A stretch of DNA of 64,000 bases from Planctomycetota bacterium (lineage in GTDB: Bacteria; Planctomycetota; B15-G4; JADJEK01): NCBI GenBank assembly GCA_044225365.1, contig JBGAIQ010000019.1, positions 1 through 64,000 of the forward strand, read 5' to 3'. The number at the start of each line of letters is the position of its first letter. Position 1 is the stretch's first letter. This document shows positions 57,030 to 64,000 of the stretch, piece by piece. The notes under the pieces were generated by a model, which was not told the DNA's origin, searched no databases, and saw nothing but the letters and a program-made list of their open reading frames with translations. A program made the position numbers and the translations under genes.

Positions 57030-59287
57030 GATTCACTTGGCCGCACCGACACTCGCCGCCGCAGGCGCCGCTTCCTTCTCGACGGTGGCGCTGCTCGCAG
57101 CGGAGGAAGGCTGAGCGCGATCACGCCTTGTCGGCCGGCCATGAGCAGGCGCCCGACCAGTGTGCGATGCGCTTCGGAATCGAACTCGACGGTCTCAGCA
57201 GGCGTGATCGGGTCGGCGCTGCGCGGCAGCTTCGAATCGATCCAACGGTCGCCGCGCTTGTAGAACGCGCGATCGCCGATCTGCGCGACGCCCTGGATCT
57301 CCACGTTCTTGAAGGTCGAGTCGAGCATCCGATTGCGTCGGTTCTGCTGCGATTGCGCGGCCTGGCCCCGGGTGTTGATCGCTTGCACGATCGCGCCGCG
57401 ACCCGTTCGGACGTTCTGCAGTCGACTCGCGATCCTGCGGTTCATCTCGCCGACGTTGAGCTTCTCGGCGTCGAGGTTCGTGCCCTCGAGCGCGAGGAAG
57501 GCGGTGTACTCCGTCATCACGCCGAACTCGCGGGACAAGCGGTACACCTCGTTCGCAACCTCGGAGTTCGCTTTCTCGTCGATCTTGGCGTCCTTGCCGA
57601 CGGCGCCCGCCTGTCGCAGTTGATCGACGAGGAAACCGATTCGCCTGCTCGCCCACAGGCGCGGCACGTAGGCGCACTCGAGACTCGCTTTCGCCGGGTT
57701 CAGCTCGAAACGAAATGCGCGCATCGTTCCGAGGTAGTCGCCGCGGATCTCGAGGACGAGCGGCTCCTTGCCGCGATAGCGTCCGGTGAGGACGAGTTCG
57801 TCGCCGTCGAAGAGGTCGGGCAGTGGCGTCGGCAGTAGATCCACGGCGCGCGCATCGGCCGGTTTGCCGCTGGTATCGAGGATCGCGATCTGCGGCGACG
57901 CGAGGATCGGATCCTTCAACTTCACGAAGACCTCGGAGACGCGCTTCTCGACCGCCTCGTTCGGACGCACGTATGCGCTCGTCGCCCGCGATCGCGTCGC
58001 AATCACGTCGAGCAGCGGTGCGTTGACGTCGTCGCCGACGCCGAACGTGAAGATGCGGCGGCGGAACTTGTTCTCCGTCTCCGCGTCGCCGCGGATCGTC
58101 GCTTCGTCGGTGACTCCGATCGTCGGCAATCCGTCGGTGAGGAAGAGGACGATCGGGATCATGGCTTCATCGTGCGGTTGCGCGAGTGCGCGCTCGAGCG
58201 CGCCGTGCAGGTTCGTGCCGCCGAGCGCCTTCATCGTCTCGATGTAGCCGCGCGCCCGCAGAACGGCGTCCTTCGTCTTCGCGATCGGCTCGGACTCGAA
58301 GCTGCGAACCTGATCCGAGTAGTCGATGATGTTGAAGCGCTCGCCTTCGTCGAGTCCTTCGAGCACCTGCAGCGCTGCGGCTTTCGCCTGCTCGATCTTT
58401 GTCCCGGCCATCGAGCCGGAGGTGTCGAGCACGACCACGACCTCGCGCTTACGACTCTTCTCCAACTTCGGATCGCGCTTCACGGGCACTCCGCCGAGCA
58501 GCAGGAAGTAGCCGTCGTCGCCTCGGTCCGGGTAGAGGAAGTACGAGCCGTTCACTCCGTCGCCCTGCAGCAGGTACGAGAAGTCGATGGGCCCGGGCTC
58601 GCGCGCGGCGTCGAGCATGAGGCGGAGGCGCAGCTCGTTCTCCGCGACGCGTATCTGTTGGAACGAATGGGTCGGCGAGTACGCAGAAGCGATCGGTTTG
58701 CTGGCACGGAGGCGCACCTCGACGCGCCAGGGAATCGCGCACGCGGCGAGCGATTCGGAGCGCGGCAGTTCGTAGTCGATGCGGTCGCCGTCACCCTCGA
58801 GGAGATGCTCGTAGACGAGGCGAACCGTCTGCGTTCCCTTGCCGGGGACGGGAAACACCGAGGATCGGACCATTGCGCGGCCCGCGAATTCGAGGATTGC
58901 GGGATCCTTGATCTTCGAGACGAGCGACTCGTACGTCCGGCGCGCCTCGTCGACGGGCAACACCTTCGCGGTCGGTTCGCTCGACTTGCCGAGGAAGTCG
59001 AACGAACGGATCGTGGCGCCGTCGGGGATCGGCATCAGGATCTCGGCCTCTTCGACAGTCGCCGCGAGGTTGCGCAGGTGGATCGTGAGCGACGTCACCG
59101 CGACGCGCTGCATGACGTCGACATCGGCGCCGACGTCGACGATCGCGATCGAGGTCGCGCCGCCGCCCGTGGCGATCGATCGTGACTGCGGGACGACGAC
59201 GTTCCGCGCGAACTGCGCGCGAGCGGAGGCCGTGAAGAGGAGTGCGGTCAAGGCGAGGCAAAGGACGCGACACGCGCTGCGCGACAT
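56963..59287 (-). CDS. VIT and vWA domain protein (probable 3' frameshift; natural stop may be 57033)
   Basis: EAEILMPIP..A, DPAILE, MIDAS DTSGSM, GGTN, FLTDGLPT, FTFGVG.DVN, LWA.RRIG. Confidence 0.88.
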   Translation of the reverse strand: MSRSACRVLCLALTALLFTASARAQFARNVVVPQSRSIATGGGATSIAIVDVGADVDVMQRVAVTSLTIHLRNLAATVEEAEILMPIPDGATIRSFDFLGKSSEPTAKVLPVDEARRTYESLVSKIKDPAILEFAGRAMVRSSVFPVPGKGTQTVRLVYEHLLEGDGDRIDYELPRSESLAACAIPWRVEVRLRASKPIASAYSPTHSFQQIRVAENELRLRLMLDAAREPGPIDFSYLLQGDGVNGSYFLYPDRGDDGYFLLLGGVPVKRDPKLEKSRKREVVVVLDTSGSMAGTKIEQAKAAALQVLEGLDEGERFNIIDYSDQVRSFESEPIAKTKDAVLRARGYIETMKALGGTNLHGALERALAQPHDEAMIPIVLFLTDGLPTIGVTDEATIRGDAETENKFRRRIFTFGVGDDVNAPLLDVIATRSRATSAYVRPNEAVEKRVSEVFVKLKDPILASPQIAILDTSGKPADARAVDLLPTPLPDLFDGDELVLTGRYRGKEPLVLEIRGDYLGTMRAFRFELNPAKASLECAYVPRLWASRRIGFLVDQLRQAGAVGKDAKIDEKANSEVANEVYRLSREFGVMTEYTAFLALEGTNLDAEKLNVGEMNRRIASRLQNVRTGRGAIVQAINTRGQAAQSQQNRRNRMLDSTFKNVEIQGVAQIGDRAFYKRGDRWIDSKLPRSADPITPAETVEFDSEAHRTLVGRLLMAGRQGVIALSLPPLRAAPPSRRKRRLRRRVSVRPSESHSTSTPSFFSASLIFFSFSGV

Positions 59288-59414
59288 GAGGTTCTCCCGT
59301 CGAGTTCGAATTCCGACTTGCTCCTACCGTGACGCGGGGAGCGCGGTCTTCTCGATCGGCAGAACGTAGGTGCGATCCGCGCGCGGCGGAGTAAGCACCG
59401 CGTAACGTGCGCGG

Positions 59415-61985
59415 TTACTGCACGTGCATTTCGACGGCGTTCGAAGCGCAGAAGCCCCAGGGCACGCCGGCGTCCAGCACGATGGCCTGGAAGTCGATGA
59501 AGCCGAGCGCCGCAGGCGTAGGGAGTTTTCCAGAGAGCGTGAGTTTGCCGTTGCCTGCTCCGGTGCCTTGCATGGGCAAGGCGATCGTGACGGGGAACAA
59601 CGGGCTCGTCAGCAGGAAGCAGCCCATACCGAGCGGAACGTGTGCGTGAGACGCGCCGAGGACGAGGATCGCGGTCGCGCCGCCGAGGCCCTTCGTGAGC
59701 GACGCCTTCACCGTACCGCTACTCGTCGCGGTCCCCGAGAGAGCGAGGTTCGGCACGAAGCCACCGGAACCCGCGCACCCCGTTCCATAGGACGTGAAGA
59801 ACCGCGGAAGGAGGTTCTTGTGGAGGACGAGTCGGCTCGGTGCAGCGATGGTGATCGCTGCGAGATTCGCGATGTCCATCCGGCCGTCCCGATTGCCATC
59901 GTAGGTACAAAGACCTCCCGCGAGTTCGCCGCCGGATGCGAACCACCGTGACTCGAGCGCGAACTGCGCATGGCCGCACAGCGCATAGAGCGCGTTCGGT
60001 CCGCTCGCGACGACGTCGTCGTAGCCGTCGCCATCGGCATCGAGGGCGGCGATCGTGTTCGGATGACCCCCTGCGGCGCCGCCGAGGTTTCCATTGAAGA
60101 CGACCGGTGCGGCGAACGTGCCGAGTCCGAGTGCTCGATGGGCACGCAGTTGGCTCGAGTTGTTCGTCGTGACGACGTCCAGATTGCCGTCGCCGTCGAG
60201 ATCCGCGAACGCCACGTCCTGGAGATGAGCGCTTGCTCCGGGATCGATCGATGCCGAGACGAGGAAACCGCCGTGCCCGTTCCCCGGACATACGAACAAG
60301 CGACTGCTCGTGAAGAACGGCGCGCCGTCGGCGACGAGCGCGAGGTCGAGGATTCCGTCGTTGTCGACGTCTCCCACCGCCTGTTGACTGAGGCCGTTCG
60401 CGGAAAGAGGGCCCGAGGTGCCGCTCACGAGCGTTCCGCTCGCCGTGCCGAGGAAGGTCACGAAGTTCGTGCCCTGCTCGAACGTCGCGGCGACGTCGTT
60501 GCGTCCGTCGCCGTCGAAATCGCCGATCGAGAACGACGAGAGCGAGTTCGAGATCGGGACCGTGAAGCCATAGTCGGCCGAAGTCGGGAATCCGCCCGCG
60601 CCGTTGCCCTTCATGACCCGCACGACGCTTCCGTTGCCCGCGACGAACGCGCCGACGATGGCATCGGAAATGCCGTCGCCGGTCACGTCTCCCATCGAGA
60701 AGGACGACACCGATCCGGGTCCCTGCGTGACCGCGGGCACGCTCACGTGCGATGCGACGCCGCCCGAGCCATCACCGGCGTACACCTCGAGCGATTTGCC
60801 CGGGATCGACAGCGCGACGAGATCGGGAGAACCGTTCTGATCGATGTCGGCGCTCTCGACCGCACTCGCTCCATTGGAATCGAACGTGGGATTGCTCGCG
60901 AAGATCGGGACACTGCCCGGGTTCATCAGAGAGACCGCACCGAATGCGGCGCTGACGGCGAGATCGGTCCAACCGTCCCCGTTCCAGTCGCCCGCTGAGA
61001 GGTCCGCAGGCTTCCCCGAGAGGAACGACGTGAGAGCTGGGGCGAAACCGCTTCCGGTGCCGAGGAACACCTGGAGCGAGCGGTCGACCGTTCCCGCCGT
61101 GGCGGCATCGACGAGTCCGTCGCCATTCAGATCGCGGACCACGAGCCCGACGGGAAGCGATGCCGTCGGTATGCCGAACGCCGGCCCGAACGCTCCGCCG
61201 GGCGAACCGAACATCACCTTCAGCGAGGCGGCGGCACTGTCGAGCACGACGGCATCGACCCGGGCATCGACATCGAGGTCGAAGAGCGCGAGGCGCGTGC
61301 CACTCCCCGGCGAGGTGATCGGCGAGTTGAAGATGCCTCCTCCCGCCCCTGTGAACGTTGCGAGATTCGGTCCGATGCCGACGATGTCCTCGATTCCATC
61401 GCCGTCCTTGTCCGCGACCGCGAAATCGGTGTAGCCGTTCGAACCCGCGAGCAGGTGGGCGAACGTGACCGAACCCGTTCCATCGTTCTCGCAGATGTTC
61501 GCGCTGTTCGTGCCGGTGAGGACGTCCGGGCGTCCGTCACCCGTGACGTCGGCCACCGCGAAGATCCGCGTGTCGCTCGTTCCGGCAAGAGGAAGGGTCG
61601 AATGGATCGTGAAACCACCGCTGCCGTTGCCGAATGCGACGACCAGGGATGTGAACGTCCTCACGACGAGATCGACGTTCCCGTCGCCATCCATGTCGCC
61701 GAACTCGACGCCGCTCGTGAAGGCCGGCATCGCGATGGGTGTGCTCGGTCCGAATTTGCCCGTGCCATCGTTCTTGGCGAGCGAGACGAAGGCTTGGCCG
61801 CCGGCGCTCGCCCAATCGAGGTCGCCGTCGTGATCGATGTCCGCGACGGCGAGGCGCGATGCGCTGCCGAGCGGAAAGGTCGGTTGAAGGTACGGGGTCT
61901 GCCCGAGGGCGGTGGTGGGCGCGAGAATCGTCGCGATGAGGGTCGTCAAACGAAGGAATGGCGTGAAGCGCGTTCGCATCGACAT
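59415..61985 (-). CDS. Secreted FG-GAP/VCBS repeat protein with conserved C-terminal domain
   Basis: Many D.DGDG..D Ca-binding repeats, signal peptide, RBS AGGAG. Confidence 0.9.
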   Translation of the reverse strand: MSMRTRFTPFLRLTTLIATILAPTTALGQTPYLQPTFPLGSASRLAVADIDHDGDLDWASAGGQAFVSLAKNDGTGKFGPSTPIAMPAFTSGVEFGDMDGDGNVDLVVRTFTSLVVAFGNGSGGFTIHSTLPLAGTSDTRIFAVADVTGDGRPDVLTGTNSANICENDGTGSVTFAHLLAGSNGYTDFAVADKDGDGIEDIVGIGPNLATFTGAGGGIFNSPITSPGSGTRLALFDLDVDARVDAVVLDSAAASLKVMFGSPGGAFGPAFGIPTASLPVGLVVRDLNGDGLVDAATAGTVDRSLQVFLGTGSGFAPALTSFLSGKPADLSAGDWNGDGWTDLAVSAAFGAVSLMNPGSVPIFASNPTFDSNGASAVESADIDQNGSPDLVALSIPGKSLEVYAGDGSGGVASHVSVPAVTQGPGSVSSFSMGDVTGDGISDAIVGAFVAGNGSVVRVMKGNGAGGFPTSADYGFTVPISNSLSSFSIGDFDGDGRNDVAATFEQGTNFVTFLGTASGTLVSGTSGPLSANGLSQQAVGDVDNDGILDLALVADGAPFFTSSRLFVCPGNGHGGFLVSASIDPGASAHLQDVAFADLDGDGNLDVVTTNNSSQLRAHRALGLGTFAAPVVFNGNLGGAAGGHPNTIAALDADGDGYDDVVASGPNALYALCGHAQFALESRWFASGGELAGGLCTYDGNRDGRMDIANLAAITIAAPSRLVLHKNLLPRFFTSYGTGCAGSGGFVPNLALSGTATSSGTVKASLTKGLGGATAILVLGASHAHVPLGMGCFLLTSPLFPVTIALPMQGTGAGNGKLTLSGKLPTPAALGFIDFQAIVLDAGVPWGFCASNAVEMHVQ

Positions 61986-62096
61986 TTCTCCTGATTCGTC
62001 CCGATCCGGAAACGATGCGCGATCAGGAACTGTAACGCGAGAAGATCGAGCGGGTAACGGAGCAATCCATTTTCGTGGGAGGTCGGCGTCCGACGA

Positions 62097-64000
62097 TCAC
62101 TCGGCGATGACGTTGCTCCGACCGAGCACCGCACCGAACGCGTCGAGTGCGTCTTCGTTCATCGCAACCTTGAATTTCGACCCGGCTCGGATCACGTCGG
62201 CGCGCCCCGTGCCGGTGTCGAAGCACAGGTAGAGCGGGATCTCGCCGGGGAACTTCTTCACCACGGCCTGCACCTTCTCCACGAGCGGGATGTCCGGCGA
62301 GCGCAGTCGCAGCACGAGGCGCGTGATCTGTCGCGAGAGCAGGGCCTCGAGGGACTCGAACTTCACGATGCGGAGAGACGGCTCCTCGCGCGAACGGTCG
62401 ACGGTGCCGCGGAACACGCCGATGGCGTCATCGATGAGGGCGTTCTGCGCACGTTCGTAGTCCTCGGCGAAGCAAACGGCGTCGCAGCTCTCCCCGTCCG
62501 CGCCGGTGACCTTCAGCATCGCCATCTTCTTGCCCATCGAACGGCCGCGCTTCGTGACCACCGTTCGCAATCCCGCGACGGCGCCCGCAAGGCTGACTTC
62601 GCTCTTGTCCTCGAGGTTCCGAAGATCCGCGAGGGTGTGAGTGGAGAATCGACGCAGGACTCCCGCGTTCTGCCGCAGCGGATTGTCGGAGAGGTAGAAG
62701 CCGAGTGCTTCCTTCTCACGCCGCAGCTTCTCGCGCAGCGGCCATTCCTCGATCGCGGGAGGACGGTACTCCGGTTTCTCGTCGTCGCCGAGTGCGTCGA
62801 AGAGCGACTTCTGCCCGCTCTTCTTGTCGCGCTGCGCGATCTGTCCGATCTTCTGCAGGGAGTCGAGCGAAGCGGTGAGCGCCGCGCGCGGGAAACCGGT
62901 CCAGTCGAACGCGCCCGCGGCGATGAGCCTTTCGCCAGCCGCGCGATTGAGCGACGCGGCGTCGACGACCTCGAACATCTCGGCGATCGACTTGAAGGGA
63001 CGTCCGAGCTTCTTCCGGGCCTCGAGCACGGCTTCGACCGCTTTCTCGCCGACGCCCTTGATCGCGCCGAGTCCAAATCGGATCTTCCCTTCCTCGATCG
63101 CGAAATCGAGTTGCGAGGCGTTGACGTCGGGACCGAGGACCTTGATGTTCGAGAGCGCGCATTCGCCGAGATAGAGTCCGACCTTGTCGGTATCGCCTCG
63201 GTCGATCGACATACAGGCAGCGAGGAACTGCTCGGGGAAGTTGGCCTTGAGGTATGCGGTGCGGTAGGTGACGAGTCCGTAGGCGACGGTATGGCTCTTG
63301 TTGAAGCCGTAGCCTGCGAAGAACGCCATCGTCTCCCAGATCTCCGACGCGAGCTTCTCGTCGCAGCCGCGCGCGGCGGATCCCTTCACGAACTTGCCCT
63401 TGAACTTCTCCATCACCTCGGGCTTCTTCTTGCCCATCGCCTTGCGGAGGTTGTCCGCTTCTTCGAGCGTGAAGCCGGCGAGCACGTTCGAGATGCGCAT
63501 GATCTGTTCCTGGTAGACCATGACGCCGTAGGTCTCTTTCAAGATGCTCTCGAGCGAAGGATGCGGGTATTCGATTGGCTCGCGGCCGTGCTTCCTGTTG
63601 ACGAACGTCTCGACCATTCCCGAGCCGAGCGGGCCCGGTCGATACAACGCGAGGATCGCGACGATGTCCTCGAACACGTCGGGCTTCATGCCCTTCAGCA
63701 GTTCGCGCATGCCCGTGGATTCGAGCTGGAACACGCCCGTCGTCTCACCGCGCGTCAGCATCTCGTAGGTCTTGCGGTCGTCGAGAGGGGCGGTAGCAGA
63801 GTCGACCTCGTGACCCGATTCACGGATGAGTTGTTCGGCGCGCTCGATCACGGTGAGCGTCTTCAGGCCGAGGAAGTCCATCTTCAGCAGCCCGATCGAT
63901 TCGAGCTCGGTCATCGCGAACTGGGTGTTCACTTCGCCTTGCACTACGCAGAGCGGCGCATACTCGATGAGCGGTCGGTCGGTGATCACGACGCCGGCGG
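62097..64000 (-). CDS. dnaE: DNA polymerase III alpha subunit (5' part outside window)
   Basis: GLLKMDFLGLKTLT, GVFQLES.GM, ALYRPGP, YQEQ, FAGYGFNKSH, IRFGL.AIKGVG, EKEALGFYLS. Confidence 0.97.
   Translation of the reverse strand, partial: AGVVITDRPLIEYAPLCVVQGEVNTQFAMTELESIGLLKMDFLGLKTLTVIERAEQLIRESGHEVDSATAPLDDRKTYEMLTRGETTGVFQLESTGMRELLKGMKPDVFEDIVAILALYRPGPLGSGMVETFVNRKHGREPIEYPHPSLESILKETYGVMVYQEQIMRISNVLAGFTLEEADNLRKAMGKKKPEVMEKFKGKFVKGSAARGCDEKLASEIWETMAFFAGYGFNKSHTVAYGLVTYRTAYLKANFPEQFLAACMSIDRGDTDKVGLYLGECALSNIKVLGPDVNASQLDFAIEEGKIRFGLGAIKGVGEKAVEAVLEARKKLGRPFKSIAEMFEVVDAASLNRAAGERLIAAGAFDWTGFPRAALTASLDSLQKIGQIAQRDKKSGQKSLFDALGDDEKPEYRPPAIEEWPLREKLRREKEALGFYLSDNPLRQNAGVLRRFSTHTLADLRNLEDKSEVSLAGAVAGLRTVVTKRGRSMGKKMAMLKVTGADGESCDAVCFAEDYERAQNALIDDAIGVFRGTVDRSREEPSLRIVKFESLEALLSRQITRLVLRLRSPDIPLVEKVQAVVKKFPGEIPLYLCFDTGTGRADVIRAGSKFKVAMNEDALDAFGAVLGRSNVIAE

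Overview
GC-rich bacterial window of about 55 genes. It is probably from a planctomycete-like organism; this is an inference from the FG-GAP proteins with a shared C-terminal domain, the HEAT-repeat multiheme cytochrome and the VIT/vWA protein. No rRNA, tRNA, CRISPR array or transposase was seen. Most of the window is ordinary metabolic, regulatory and secreted-protein genes, including lexA, a partial dnaE, a class A beta-lactamase, a P450, M16 and S9 peptidases and a Mo-oxidoreductase/Fe-S-NrfD pair. The standout is a compact, apparently undescribed RiPP gene cluster at about 39.6-47.6 kb. It encodes a divergent TauD-like dioxygenase, a GAF protein, a propeptide-less S8 protease, a SAM methyltransferase, a radical SAM/SPASM enzyme and a 148-aa precursor ending in a (WxN)5-(WxNC)3 core. 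These are followed by a second ORF with the same leader motif, a DUF692/MNIO enzyme with a fused C-terminal domain and an ABC exporter. Also notable: two REP-like palindrome families between convergent genes, a GTTC-N7-GTTC box upstream of lexA, a C-terminal domain shared by three secreted proteins, and a probable frameshift in the VIT/vWA gene.
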